From Phoronis australis (taxonomy: Eukaryota > Animalia > Phoronida), in assembly GCA_002633005.1 (NCBI GenBank), contig NMRA01000178.1, positions 472,062 through 536,061 of the forward strand: DNA of 64,000 nt. The letters are read 5' to 3'. The notes beneath the pieces are model-generated. The model did no database searches. It was not told where the DNA came from and worked only from the letters and a program-made list of their open reading frames with translations. Position 1 is the stretch's first letter. Every line of letters begins with the position of its first letter. The position numbers and the translations under genes were made by a program. Shown here in pieces: positions 12,553 through 26,349 of this stretch.

Positions 12553-14251
12553 AAAAGATGACATTTGATTTCCGAGTGTGGGATGTTTCATGGGGTTCTA
12601 CGTTACCTGGCGCAATTTCGTTTTGTTCATTCTCAGATAGTCAGAGTAATTATTTTACCAGCACATTTTTAAATGTCACTGCATCCTGGATTTTTACTGA
12701 AGAAATTAAGTGTATCAAAAGGTACCAAGGGTCTAAGTGATATAAAAAGTTGTACAATTTCGGATGAATGTCATCAACTGTGAAGGATCCATTTTCTGAA
12801 ATCTTTGTCTGTAACCATAGAAATCTTTTAAATCATTGAAATTATTTCTCTGATGATTTAATTAGTCATATATATTACCACTCTGGTTCATTTCCCTTTT
12901 TATGTTACTATTGCACCCTGTTATTTTTCTTATTTTGGTAAAACTCAGTTTTTAGAATTAAAAAATATTAAATCTGTCAGGTATACGAAACGATTATTAT
13001 TTATGAATTAAATTGTTTATCTTTTGTTTCTGGTGTAACCATACATAAAGAGCTTTCTAATGATGTGACTCTTGTGAAATTCGGTTGTAAAACTAGGGAA
13101 TTACGATTAGTTTTAGTGACAGTAAACTCCATAGCAAAAACCAACAGCGGAACAAACGAATGAAATCAAATTCCATCAAGCGTCATGCAACGTCAGTGGT
13201 GCGAGACTGAAGGTGGTATTCCAGGGCTGATGTTCTACATGTATGGTTTCAGAATGGGAAATAATTGTCATAGTGAACCATTTATTGGAGCTCGACAATC
13301 TGGTTTCTTTTAATAAATGTTCTAGCAGAACACGTCCAACAAGTCTAAGTCTGGATTTACTTTAAGATAATACAAGCTGCAGTATGCAATAGCTTTGGAT
13401 GTCTTCGTATGTAAGACACAACAAAATTATGCATCGCTGGTCTGCACAAGTGTAGGAAGTGGGCAATGGAGAGGGAGAGCTTGCCCCTACTCACACGAAA
13501 ATTGCCAAGAAAACATAAAGTGTAAAATTTCCACAGCAGTGTTGGAATTCTTTGCAACTGTCTGTTCTGTCGTACAATTTGGATGATATTTGGGACACGA
13601 AAAGACTGACGACCCAAACAGGTACCTGTTCACCCCCACTAAAGAAAGTCTTCCTGCACCGATGTTCTGTATGGGACAGCAACATTTTACTGCAAATCAA
13701 ATGTATCTGAAAAAGCAATGCCACACTATTCATAGTCGTTGTATTGAAAAGAATGTTGTAATGCTTCAGTAGAAGGACAAAATGCATTGCATGGTGTATC
13801 TATACAAATCTGATAACCAAATGCCACACACAAAAGCTTTGCACAATTTTCAGCACTGCAGCACTGAGACTATGGACACTCTAGCCTTGGTATAGTGTAC
13901 ACCTCTCAAAAACATAATCTAAAACATTGGTAATGACAGTCTAATATGTGATTAATTTCTTTACTAATGACACCAAAGAAATGCCAGTGCTGTCCAGTGA
14001 CAGAGCAGCCAGTTTGGTCATATTTGTCTGGGTATTGTCTTCTTATCTGTGCCACGGCATTCTCCTCAACAATCAGAATCGGAGGGGCAGCAATTTCCAA
14101 CCTGATTTCTAGATCCAGCTTCTCTTTTGTTGAACACTAAATGCAAGGTGCCATGCTTTGCTTCGTTTACATGGTCTGAAAAGCACAGAAATAGCAATTC
14201 AAAGGTAAAAAAATATGAATCAAAAGTAGTCCATGAATGAAAGTAAAACAA

Positions 14252-14384
14252 AACAGTAACTAAATTGCGAGCTTTCGACTATTAAAATAACTTTCTTCAA
14301 GCAAAAACCAAAACCAGATTTTAGTTCTGGTTTTGATTTGAAGCAGATTACTTCAATAGTAAAAAATTGCAATTAAGTTGCTGT
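14252..14384. repeat. Imperfect inverted repeat (~60-bp arms)
   Basis: aacagtaactaaattgc...ttcaagcaaaaacc pairs with ggttttgatttgaa...gcaattaagttgctgtt. Confidence 0.55.
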
Positions 14385-15926
14385 TATTATATTCATAGCC
14401 TACATTCATTTTAAAACACGTGCATCTTTTGAAATCAGGTTCCACTGATCCAGTTTTTGATTTTATCTATTTATGAGTCAGAGTAAATAAATCATGGCGC
14501 AACAAAATACTGTATACTTCAGAATCAACAGAAATACAAAGCTAAATCGTTCACAGAAAAACGACATGTTTATAAACACTTGAAAAGGCAGTGCAGCTTC
14601 AGACTAATGTAAAAGAAGTTTGTGAGGAGGGGCAGAGGTCCTATTTCGACTGTCAGGGTCTATTGCCTTATTAAAATGAAATGATCGCCAGTTTTAATAA
14701 CTCGGCTATTATTAACCAAGATTGAATAAGAGGCAAAATGTCCGTGCTGTCTTGCCCCTTAATGCATTTTTGACAAAACCTGAAATGACACTGACAAAAT
14801 AAATCATTTACTGTAGGATACATTGTAGCCAATAACGGCTATTACTGTGCTGAAAATGATTATTTGAACACTAAATTAGGGACACAGTTTGACACTCAGA
14901 AAGTGAAAGTGTGAGGCAAGTTCTAACTTGGGACAGATAATGCTTTGCTACGCGATTAGAGCAGTTAAAATCCTCGTTGTACACCACCATCTAACACTGG
15001 ACTGCGAAAACCTCACACAAAACCTTTACTAAATGTTCAAACAAAAAAATGGTCTCTGCTGTCTGGTATTCAGACGTGAACCAGGTGTTAAACTACATGC
15101 TTTTTGGCGGAAGACACTGATTCCTAAAATCTGACATCCTAAATCCTAACTGACACGGTGAGCCCTGACTTTGAGATGAAATTGATTCTAAAAGTGAGTG
15201 AGCATTGTCATGTATTCTACAGTTCAGCTTCCATCAATAGGTGGAGCTGAAGGTTGTGTTCATAGCCGCGACGTGTTGAGCGCGGCGGTCTATGCGGCAA
15301 CAGCCAGACTCAGGTGCTTTGGACATTCGGACTGCTCTATACAGGCCCGTAGCAAGGAAAAAACCAATTTGACTTCGTCAACCTACCCCCTTGCTATAAT
15401 AACCCCAACCCCCGTTCTCTGAATGTCGCCATATTTGTACCGAACCCCACCCGTCACGTCCGCTCTAGGTGGTGGTAATACCGGGGATGCAGCCATTAAA
15501 GACTCACGGAGAGTAAGAATTGGTCTAAGCCCCGAGCGCACTAAACGGGTAGCTGGGAGCTGCCTGAAGTAACTATAGCTAGGTCGAAGGTCAAGGTTCA
15601 TTTTATTATGATCCAGTTTCGGGAAAACCTCATTTCAGTTCTTATGGCCATTCTTTGACGTAATTTTTGGAAAGGTGAGGCCCCGAGGTGCCTGGAATGA
15701 GTGCCTTTGAGGCCATTTCAAAATCCCTTGATGAAACACAGCCGGTAGTCCAGTTTCTGGCTGCTGGGGAAAAGGATACAGAGGGGTGTCCAAAGTGTAC
15801 ACACTTCAACGTATGGAGTTCAAATTCAGTTCCCGTGGGCAACTGAGATTCTAAGCTCTCCTTCTGCATAGTTAGGCCCTACACCTTATTTTTAACGTGG
15901 GTGGGCTTGTCATGACGTGCTCCGTG

Positions 15927-16164
15927 CATGCGCGCACCTGGGGAGGGGGCTCGGGGGGTATCGATGGCAAAGTGGGCAAAAAGGTCCGCCCCAGAGAAAC
16001 AAAAAGTTCGAGAAAAACGACACAAAAGTCCCCTAAAAAGGCAGGATTCGGCGTATGCACAATTCATAGCCCTTAACGAACCCCATATTCATTTTTTTGT
16101 TAGTAAAAGGTCCACATTCTCAAAAATTCGAGCCTCCCTATATTTTAGGCTGGGTGCTCGCATG
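15927..16164. mobile_element. MITE with CATGCGCGCACC TIR, 5-bp TSD CCGTG
   Basis: catgcgcgcacctgg ... ctgggtgctcgcatg, flanked by ccgtg on both sides; second copy at 19549-19805. Confidence 0.8.
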
Positions 16165-18152
16165 CCGTGTGTGTACAGTATGCACGGGAAATGCAGCTTT
16201 GAAAAATAATAATTCATTGCGCAACACTACTGGAATCCAAAAACATCAAAGACAACTTTTCCAAGTTGACGACCAATAAGTTTGATTTTATTTATGTAAG
16301 TACTTATCTTCGTTTTTAATCTACGGTTTGTAAACTTAAACCCAGTAATCTAATTCCTAAGCCAATAAACAATTTATTGCCATTTTAGGACACATTGTTC
16401 AGCTGTCCGAAATTCATCAATTTCCGTGAGACTTATTTCAGATGGACAAAAATCGTTTACCGTGCTTTTATATTGGGGATCTGATGATAGATCGAATTTT
16501 CCCACTGTGTTTTTTGTTTTTTTAATGAATTTCGAATCACAACTTACCTCGTGACTACTTTGCAGTGTCGGATTTACATGTATAGAGGGACAAAGGGACA
16601 TTTCTCTGAATTGCTCCACCGAGAAAGGGTCCCGTCTGAAATGGGACACCTTAATTATGAAAAGCGAAACGACATTAAGCTTGGAAAAGAGTGACAGTTC
16701 ATTCTACCGCCGCGTGGTCAGACGACAGTGCAGGAAGTGATCTTCTTCAATATGAAAGTTGGTTGCACGATTTCACAAGAAAATAGACGTAATCGAGTCT
16801 AACATTTTGGGACCTCTCTCCGTGAGCGTACCCTTAAAAATTTGTTAATAGAAATGCCATCAATGGTATGTGAAAATATCTATATTTTCAAAAATCAAGA
16901 AATGTGCAGCAATTGATGATATATCTGTCAGGTCATCAAATTTTCTCAAGTGATATACATGTACAATCGGAGAAAAAAAGTGACAGTTGTCTCTTTTATC
17001 CCTTGACAGGGAGGGGCCTCGGGAAAAATATGGTTTTGCATTCGCAAAATTGACTTACTGAATTTAAAAATCCAGTAAAATAATACGCTCAGCGAAAGCT
17101 TCGATTTACAAATTTTGTCAATTTTTCGAAATATATGCATGAATCATTACGTGCCCTTTTCCAAGTGCATTTAGACGACCTGTGCTGCGAAAGCGGAGTC
17201 CCCAACAACCATGTCATGGCCAGGGTTCTCAAAAGGTAAACTATGCACTGATACAGACTTATTACTATGTTCTCTTGAGTTTTCTCTCTTATTCGAATTT
17301 AGCAGTCTTTCTTTTCTCGACTGTTCCCACCCAACTCATATGTCGGTTGTCGCGGTTTAACCTTGACGCCTGAAAATTTAGGCCCCCCCCCTCTTCCTAC
17401 GGTCCTGCTATGTGTAATTCTCCATGAGGTTACACCCGCCAGCCCTGGTCAGCGACGCTGTGTTTTCACCAGGACTCTCTAAGTGCTTGTTAATGAAGAG
17501 TTTAAAAACAGAGTCAGTAACGACATTCGAAAACTTATCTCAACGGTCGAGAGAGATGCTGTTCTCTGCAAAATGCTGCGAAGCTTGCAAACGAGTATGC
17601 ACTGCCCCACAAAGCGCGGTCCATGCAAAAGAGTAGAGCCAAGTAAAGTTTCAGTCGACCTGGTGTCAAGAAGGGTAAACCGACTGAAATGCTGATCAGT
17701 TTAGTTCTAGTCAGTCTCCTGGGATAAAGGGTAAACCAAATGGCGTTGTTTGAAAATCAACCGGCAATAACTGAAGACTCATCTTATACTGGGAGGGTGA
17801 TCTGTCACGTAAGAAACCGGGTCACGTTATGTTCGATTGTTGGGCGCTAATCGGGCACTGATTAGCGCCCATACCGGCCAAAAGACCACCGTACTGCATG
17901 TTTGTAAGACATTACAGCTCTCCGCATCCATTTTCGCAACTTTGAACCAAACTCACAAGAACAAATTTGCGACTAACTTTATACATGAACAAGCGTTTGC
18001 GGGGAAAGTTGCAGGAAACTTGAGAATTTAAGAAGTGTTTGGAGAAAGATTGCAATTAAAACTGGGTCTCCAAGGCCTCATTTATATAACTGCTTAGTGA
18101 TTGGCCGCTTGCAAAATTCACAAATATGGAGACTGGGACAGAGAAGTGTGTA

Positions 18153-18302
18153 CAATGGCGGATTTAGAGGGGGGCCAAGGAGGCCATAGCCCCCCTAAAA
18201 TTCTCCCAGATTCCATTTAGTAGTTCGGGAGTGCGAATGTGTGACGAGCAAAATCCNTCTGCCCTTGCGCCCCCCCAACTCAAAATCCTGGATCCGCCCC
18301 TG
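18153..18302. mobile_element. MITE, CA..TG ends, 5-bp TSD GTGTA (contains an N join)
   Basis: caatggcggatttag ... cctggatccgcccctg; gtgta on both sides. Confidence 0.75.
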
Positions 18303-18452
18303 GTGTATACCATCAACTGAGAGTTTTAGATCATAAACATGACCAGGGCTTCTGCACCTGAATTAACAGAAGGGTAAAATATTGTTTTTATTAAATAGTT
18401 TCAGGTGTGCGAAAATTTAGAGTACCGGTGTGAAATCGAAGAGCGATTACCT

Positions 18453-18668
18453 TAGCTGACCCAAGTATCATCACACACAAATGATAATTTCTACTTGACT
18501 CCGCTGGTTGACATTTTGCAAATATCAACTCGCTGACCCAGGTATCACATCATACAAATGCAAATGATGAATTTTACCTGACTCCCCTGCATGGTTGACA
18601 TTTCGCAAATATCAACTAGCTGACCCAGGTGTCACCACACAAATACAAATAATGAGTTCTACCCGACC
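18453..18668. repeat. Degenerate tandem repeat, ~75-88 bp unit, ~2.7 copies
   Basis: gctgaccca(a/g)gt(a/g)tca...caaat(g/a)atga recurs three times; ggttgacatttt/cgcaaatatcaact recurs twice. Confidence 0.7.
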
Positions 18669-18671
18669 CAG

Positions 18672-19398
18672 CCACACCCTTGGCGACCACAAAGAATTAA
18701 GCAGCAAAAGCGTGAGGAAATGCCGCTCTCGGTCGATATGCGCGTGATATCCCAGGTAACCGGCAGGGGCGCTGCGCACTACCACTCCGTTTCCATCGTC
18801 TGCCCCATTGTGTTATGAAGAAAACTACTTCATAATTTTCAAAGTGAACCTAAGCTGAGTGACGATGAAGAAACAGGAGCAGCTGGTAACATGTAAATTT
18901 TTATCGAAGACTTAGCGAATCACTCAGAAACTCATAATTTTCTCTTTGTCAAACATTAACTTAAAGTCGATTTGCAAAGCAAGCGCGTGGTAAATGCCCG
19001 GAACACGAAAAATGGATTTGGTCTTTTGGGCAACTGAAGAGTGTTTTAAACACAACAACGTTTGCTACGAACTGGTTGCGCAAAATACAAAGCGCGGCGT
19101 TGTAGAAGGAAGCGTGCCGGCGCAATGGAAGAGCACGCGCTCTCTGATCAATAGGTTGTGAGTTCGAATCCTTGCAATTTTTCGAATTTTCCATTTTAAA
19201 ATCATCTGGCCAAAGTAGAGCCATCAGGGGCAGATTAAACTTCAGAAGTCAAGGAAAATGCTTGTTTTGAGAGGCAAAAACAAAATTTTCCCCTGGGCGG
19301 AAGGGGCAAACCGCCTCCCGACATCCCCCTTTCGGCGCTGGTGCGCCTCTGCGAGACTAGATGTTGCCCCTCCTTATGATATTCTAGATCCGCCACTG
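18672..19398. mobile_element. Diverged, left-truncated copy of the ~900-bp CA..TG element at 31710-32620, with an internal tRNA-like segment
   Basis: Collinear similarity (ccggcag.ggcgctgcgcactac, ctgagtgacgatgaa, gaatcactcagaaactc, tcaaggaaaatgctt); ends gatccgccactg; tRNA-like A/B boxes at ~19111-19174 (gttcgaatcc). Confidence 0.7.
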
Positions 19399-19484
19399 AC
19401 AAATAGTCACTTCCAGTTATAGAGAACGCTTACCTGGTTTTGTCTCCAATGACACTATGGATGACTGATCTGGCGTTGGGTCCT

Positions 19485-19909
19485 CAGGGGCGATCCAAGA
19501 TTTTGAGTTAGAGGGGACCAAGGCAGAATATTAGCCAGGATTTTGCCCCATGCGCGCACCCAGGGGGGGGGGGGCTCGGTGGTCTCGCCCCCCATTTGGC
19601 GAAGTGGGCAAAAAGGTCCGCCTGTGAGAAAAAAAGTCCGAGAAAATGAGACAAAAGTCCACTAGACAAGCACAAACGCGCAATTCACAGTGGTGCGCCC
19701 GTTTTTTGTTTCTTTTTTTTACACCGACGGCAATTTTCTTACCAAAAGGTCTACGGCGTTAGGAATTCGAGCTCCCCCCCATATTAAAGGCTGGGTGCGC
19801 GCAAGCGCCCGTCACACATTCGTACTCCCGAAAGGCCAAACAGAATCTGGAAGAATTTTTGGAGGGGCCATGCCCCCTTGCCCAACCCCCCCCCTTAAAT
19901 CCGCCACGG
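19485..19909. mobile_element. CA..TG-family MITE with a nested CATGCGCGCACC MITE (19549-19805)
   Basis: Outer ends caggggcgatccaagattttgag / taaatccgccacgg with TSD gtcct/gtccc; inner element has TSD tgccc/cgccc and matches 15927-16164. Confidence 0.7.
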
Positions 19910-21914
19910 GTCCCAACAACACAGAACGTGGTTACCGTTTACAATCCGACTCCATTAACGTACNTGCACATGCGAGAAACGTACCATTGTTACATTTTAC
20001 GAAAGCTACGTCATATTTCATGAGTTTGCATGGTATTTGTCACACGGAGGAAAACCGTTGACACACTTAACGCCTTCTTTCTCGGATTGTGTGAATGAAA
20101 TTCTATCAAATGTGCCAGGTCGACTTGATAGATGTGTCCCTATGTACTTTCCATATTTTTTTTTAAATGTGAGTAGTTTAATGGTATAGCCAAAAATGTA
20201 CAGCGTGCAGTTTCAACTCCACACGAAAGGAGTTTCCAGGATCAGGTAACAAGGCAACAAGTTAAAAAGCGTTCTTGCAATCTTTTGTTGGCGCTCATAA
20301 ACCAGTTGTGTTTCCGACATTACAGTAAACACACTGCCCTTGGTAAGAACAACAATGACATCATCGTATTTGCCTGATATTTATCGCATTTCTTCGAGAA
20401 CGAACGACAATAACAAAAAATATTTCATGGAGAATTCAATTATTTCAGAAGCCAATTTGATAGAAAAACACCAGTTTTGGTTCACAATAGTTTGGTTTAT
20501 TTCGGCCAGTGTTTTATTGCCTTGGAGTCATGGCTAATGCAGTAATTGCCCTGCTTCACACAAAAGGAGCAAAACCAAAGTTTCTGATGCCAACAGGTGC
20601 TGTCTACCACGTTAGTTACGAATCACAATTTCTTAAAGACATTGTGGTGGAAGGAAATAAAAGCACGCATTTATCTGCGGGCAGGTTGACAGATTTTGCC
20701 AAAGCAACAGCAAAATATCGCCTTTGAGAAGGGCGAGTCAATAGTCAAAAAGTGGCGGCATAGTAACGAAAGAAATGTCATTGTTCCTATGATGTCTAGC
20801 TTGTCTGAAGTGGTGGTGGTAACAACAGGTCAAACCAACACGTGTATATGTAAAAATGGGATGCCTAGCTGGGTAAATAGAAAATATTTTGCACTCTGAA
20901 GGGACAAGATCATTTTGCTCAAACCTGATCTAGGTCGATAGTTTAAAGGGGTAATAGTCCAAAAAAGCTGACTGTCGGCCTTTCGGACTATAAAAACATG
21001 CACTTTCTCTTTCCATTATCTTTTATGATAAAATGTGAATTAAAATTGCTATTTGGTCAATGGTCGTTAGTTCAAAGTACATATAAAAAGACAAAGACTG
21101 GACATCCTATTATTAGTCACGTGTATCATGAGGCGCCACTTTTTGTGTTGCATCTCGCAGATAAGGGAATTTGGTGAATTAATCCTTTTTGGTACATTCT
21201 ATTAAATGCTCATATTAAACATCGCTGACTTCGACGTTGGCAGTTTTTGTTCCATGCAATCCTCTTTCAATGAAACCTAGTTCAAATCATTCCGTTAAAT
21301 CACTGTGCTTTTCTAAGAATGTTGGCGACACATAAAATCGTTGCGTGTTTTGTATGTCCGCTACCAGCTATTTTAATGACCCGGTGACCGCAGCCGACTT
21401 GTCGTTAGTTCTCGAAAAATGTTTGCCTCCAGAGTTCAGCTTAACGCAATTTTTGAACTTACACATCATCGTGGAACGATCCCCAGTTCTTTGACAAGGA
21501 ATGTTTTCAACAATAAAGACAATACTGCGGTCTGAATTCAGTTCTTGGTGGCAAACTACATGTGGATATAGTTCATGTAGTTATATTTACAAATAATACA
21601 GTGCTTGCCGATAGTTCAGAAATAATCAATTTTGAAGTTGGTGCACGCCTAAACAAAATTTTAAATCTCAGCCTCCTCATTTCCAAAAAGTAGGCCTACT
21701 CTGCATCCACGGGTGTCAAGACGTTCCTCACAATATCGTTAAAGCTGAACATAGGAGCCCCTTTAAAATCATTTTGAACAGCACTCGCCGTCTACTATGG
21801 AAAGCCTGATGACAACATCGAATCATAAACGAGATGATTTGAAAATAGTTGACGACCATGATGTATTAGCACTTTGCTTAACATGTATTGTGTCCTCAAT
21901 AAATAAATTTAAAA

Positions 21915-22022
21915 ATAATAACAATAACAATAACGAAAACGATAACGAGTAATACTAGTGATAGTAGTGTTAATAGTAGTAACAGTAGTGATAGTAATAT
22001 AATACTAACAAAAATGATAATA
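21915..22022. repeat. Low-complexity AAT/AAC/AGT microsatellite
   Basis: aataataacaataacaataac...agtgatagtagtgttaatagtagtaacagtagt. Confidence 0.7.
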
Positions 22023-22385
22023 GGTAGCCAAATTCATGTCGCGTCAGCCCGTGTCATTCCTAGCTATAGAAGCTGTATACGAACAGTGCGGCCCAAAACA
22101 GTGTTTTCACAGAAAAAATACTCTCCAAAATGGTGCCATTTTCGATAAGAGTATATCTAAAACGTGGCTTTCCTGAATTTCTGGAACAGAAGTGTGCGGA
22201 AATGTGAATGTTTACACAAATTCGTCTCTAAATGGGTTACTTTTTGTTCGAGCCCACTCTAAACGGGTAGGTATTCAATTTTTTCGGGCGGCACTCCTCT
22301 GCTAAAAATATTCCAGTACCCCCCGGCCGTGTCAGATACCACTTATTCGCGATTTTGGTCATTTTCTTTGCAATATGACGTGGGT

Positions 22386-22563
22386 TTCGTAAAATGTAAC
22401 AATGGTACATTTCTCACATGTGCCTTCGACGTGAAATGTAACAACTACGTAAAATGTAACAATTTGTTACATTTTAGGAAAGGCTTAGCAACGTAAAATG
22501 TAACAATGACGTAAAATTTAACAGTTGTTACATTTTACGACATTGTTACATTTTAAGGCGTAT
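22386..22563. repeat. Fold-back array of GTAAAATGTAACA units in both orientations
   Basis: About five forward and three reverse copies; 22386-22421 is also present inverted at ~19967-20003. Confidence 0.65.
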
Positions 22564-22923
22564 CAAAGCACCTCTACAATATTTTTGAGAGAGAGTGCCG
22601 CTAAACAGTCACGTGCCATGTCGACAATCGCTCAATGCCGCTGTAGCAGTCGAGAAACTCTCTGCTCAATGATTATCATTCGAAATGAAGTAAAGAAAGA
22701 GAATCCCTTTAGTCTCCGCACAGACCCTCTGGATTGGTTAAACGTGACGTCAGAGTGTAAGGCCCGGGAACCAGGTTAAGAATCCTTCTTGACAAAACGC
22801 ATGCACGTGACCTAGATTGACTCGTTAACGCATTGTCCCGCTCCCTCGCTGTATAGTCGTCGTTTGACACACCGGCAAAAGCGGTCAGGTTGTGCATTTC
22901 TTCAACATAACTTTTGGGTCAAC

Positions 22924-25211
22924 ATGAATTTAATTCGAGAATTAGGGCATTTGGAGAAGGTGTTCTATGATCGGCTTCAGAACGACACGATGACCATCGT
23001 GTATACTATAGCCATATCATCCGACAAGAAAGTTGAAGACATCCACATGGAAAAGGTGTTGAGAATTATGGGAGAGATATTTCCTCTCTTACGCATGCGG
23101 GTTGTCGATGTAGCAGGTGTCAAGTGGTTTCAAGAAGTAGGTACTGATGTTGTTGACTTCAAGCGAGTTCACGGTGACTGGCGCAATGTTGTCGATGAGT
23201 TGCTCAATCTTGGGTTTCATCATTCTGGTCTTCTTTGGCGAGTGCGTCTTGTCGAATTGGAGGAAATAGGTGGAAATGGACTTTCGGTAACGTACAAATA
23301 CGCCGTTCTGTGTCACTGGGCGCACCTTTTAACGGACGGCATTACGAATATGAAGTTTTGTGCTCGATTAGCCGCAGTCATGGACTCCGTATTGAATAAC
23401 AGAACTGTCGATTGGCGTCCTTTTCAAGTGATGCCGTCAATGGAATCTCTACTCGACAAAAACTTCACTTGGTGTGAGATTCAACCAATCGTTGCAAATC
23501 GTATGAGGACTTTGAAGAACAACCCGACACCTACGTATACATCATGGAGCAAAACGTTTCCACGTAAGTTCAAAAAATAGTGACAGGCCCACAATTTAAT
23601 TGTCCCTTAGAAGCTTACGTTGATTTAGCCAACAGGGAAATTGACCTATCGCCAGGATTATGACGGACGGCTTAATTGACCAATCACAACGCAGCATTCT
23701 TGGCACACCTTCGTCTGCGTTTCCAAGCCGCCATTTTACCCGACAAACCACACGCAGTCGAGTTAAACTTACTTTAGTCTATAGCTCAAGAAATTGTCTG
23801 CTAAGAATGGAGAAACGGTGTTGATATGGCGTGTGTGGCACCGACAGCCGTTATGCTGCTCCAGAATAATATCCCGTCATTTTTTGGCATGTCCTAAGCA
23901 GAAAAATGATGTTGAAAAGCGTAAACTATGGATCAAACTGTACTGCCACACGAGCACCTGAACATAGTGATGGTGCTTGATAACTCGAAGGCCTATAATA
24001 AACACAANCACTCACAAAATTACAATTTAGTCGTTTAAGAGCCATAAGAAATAACTAAATGAAACCTGTTTTCATCAACTGAATATATCGTGCGAATTAC
24101 AATAGGCTGTGAAAGCAGGGCTTGGAATTACCCTCTTTTAAGAGGATTTCCTCTCATTTTACTTTTATTTTGCTCCTAAATTTCCTCTTTTTCCATCTCT
24201 TTTTATCATTATGTAACTTCAGTCATGCAGAAAATCTTTCTTGCAGTTAAGTTTTACAACGCAAAAAATATTTTTATCACATAAGCCTGTTTATTTGTCG
24301 AACGATACATCACCTGGAAATTTTCTCTTTTTGAGTGTTTCCAAGCCCTGGGAACTGATTTTCATATCTCACTTGTCTAAACATAGCGTTAGGCCTAGCC
24401 GGTTTAGTTGTTCTGTGCTTACAAAATAGAATGGTTCGACTTTCTATGATTTATTCAAGCGATCCACAACTCACCAAATAGGCCTGCCATTACAATTTTA
24501 GATAAAGCGGGGCCTGATTTCAGCCGGCTTGCTTATTTCGGTAAGTTAGACGCCCAAGAAACACGTGACCTGATAGTACGCTGCAAGAAAGAGGGCGTTA
24601 AGGTCAACGGTGCACTATCTGCCGCTTTCAATTTGGCGATATACGAGGAACTTAGGAGGGGCGGGATGCAGGAAGACAACGTGTCCGTTTGTGCATTCCA
24701 TAACGTCAACTTACGACGATTCCTGGAAGACGGCGATGACCTTTGTGGATTTTTGACTGGCGGCGTTACTGGACGTTTTCAAATATCCAGTTCAACAGCA
24801 AACAGATTTTGGAATCACTCAAAGGAGGTAACGGAATTCGTTCACGCTGAAATACAAAAAGATGAATTTCTAAAAAGCATCCCCACTGTTGATACAATCA
24901 ATATTCAGCAAGTGCACGAATCACATAAGGATCAATCGCTGTTTTCCTTCGATTACACCTTATCAAACATTGGTGTTGTCGATAAGTACTTTTCAGAAAA
25001 TGGCAATTCTTCGACGCTGGTGGAATGGGTTTCTCGGTCAGTGAGCACCCGTTACATGAATGTAGCGCCATTATGCGTGAGCTCTTCTACATTTCGAGGA
25101 CATGTGTACATTAACGTTGATTATTTATCTAGATCTGTCGAGAGAAGGCGTGCCCTACACATTGCTACTGAGGCAGTGGCCACGCTGAAGCGCGCAATCT
25201 ATGCGTCTTGA
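22924..25211 (+). CDS. Stand-alone condensation-domain / alcohol-acetyltransferase-like protein (CoA-dependent acyltransferase fold), 463 aa, 2 exons
   Basis: Exon 1 22924-23563 (donor c|gtaagt), exon 2 24460-25211 (acceptor ttattcaag); phase 1, 1392 nt. Motifs: RELGHLE, FPLLRMRV, LLWRVRL, catalytic-type AHLLTDG (HxxxDG), ETRDLIVRCKKEGVKVNGALSAA, VNLRRFL, LSNIG. Confidence 0.88.
23640..24007 (+). mobile_element. Decayed THAP-domain DNA transposon end in the acyltransferase intron
   Basis: End attgacctatcgc, seen inverted at ~40764; subterminal sequence shared with 40618-40690. Broken ORF MEKRC*YGVCGTDSRY...PKQKNDVEKRKLWIKL resembles a THAP N-terminus; truncated by the N at 24008. Confidence 0.55.
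24116..24350. mobile_element. MITE with 12-bp TIR CAGGGCTTGGAA
   Basis: cagggcttggaa ... ttccaagccctg; second copy at 12326. Confidence 0.75.
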
Positions 25212-26349
25212 CAAAAGTGGATAATTCTTATCTCAAAAAGAACGAAAGACGAAAAAAATACGCAAAATGTTATCATAACTGCGTAATGTTGGTTTGATGT
25301 TTTTATGAAACTGCATGGACTTAATCTAATCGATTTGAAGTTGGGTGGTTGAAACCAAGTGGTAGGTGCTCATAGAAAACTTAACTTGTTTTGTAATGGT
25401 TTGTATTTGTACTCGTGTATCACGACATTGTTTTTCTGTTCTAAATTGATTTCATTCAGAGAATAGGGGGATATGATTTCTTGCATTTGAGTGCCCGGTT
25501 AATTGATTTACCGAGGAGTGGCCGGATCATACATAATACACGTATTTTTGCGTTTATTTTTATGTTCATAAAATTTGGCTTCACTTACGAGTGCCAGTTA
25601 TAACTTTAAGTAATCAAACTGTTGCCGGTCGTTCCTTTTACGATTTTTGCTCCAACATTTTCGTAGACAGTACCTGGAATTTTCGAAAGAGCCCATATGG
25701 GGCTGGGGAAGGGGGATGTTCTATGGGGAAATTTTTGGATGACTGGTGTTAAAACATGCATAAGGAGCCATTAATTTCTCAACTTGGATCCTTTGCAATT
25801 GTTTTGACGTGTTAAAAAGAACAAAGTCCAGAGACAATTTTATTGAAAATTATTTCAATCTAAGGATTCTGCATAATTATGTTGTGGGAAAAGGCGGAGA
25901 TTCCAGAGAAACTCAACGAAGTGGATCCCTGTCGGTGCTTTTTCACTATGCGAATGGTGTTTCATTTTTCAGACGTTACAAAAGTAAGGGCATTCCGATG
26001 TCCCAGCAGTACCCCCACCCCTACTCTTCAGCAACGAGAGTCGTATGCCCTTCTACGGCACTGCTAATATTATATTTTGCTCCCCGCCCAAAAAGACTTA
26101 TAAATATATGTTACAAAACGTAAGTGATGATAACCGTGGGATGTCATATCGAGATTCGCGATATGCAAGTCTTTGAACGAGGGCGAACATCACTTACGTT
26201 AGAACATATTTAACACACCTGTCCAAGGGACTTTCTAAGGTGCGCATGCGCGGAACTGAGCGGTTTATCGTTTACAGCTCTCTGAATTTTTGATACTTTT
26301 ATGCTTACATAATAAGCTGTTTTTTCAAGTTTCACGGTGCGTACACAAG

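Noticed and set aside
13357-14251. Overlapping short ORFs, one with AVAQIRRQYPD resembling a KolX C-terminus
   Set aside because: Too short and no other motif blocks; cannot be supported.
17424-17695. Two overlapping 70-aa + ORFs
   Set aside because: No recognisable motif or consistent exon structure.
19111-19174. Functional tRNA gene (also 32398 and 47261)
   Set aside because: A/B boxes are present, but there is no acceptor-stem pairing, and two of the three lie inside transposon copies.
20947-21761. ttaa-agggg ... cccct-ttaa as a Kolobok MITE
   Set aside because: Only 5 bp of inverted match.
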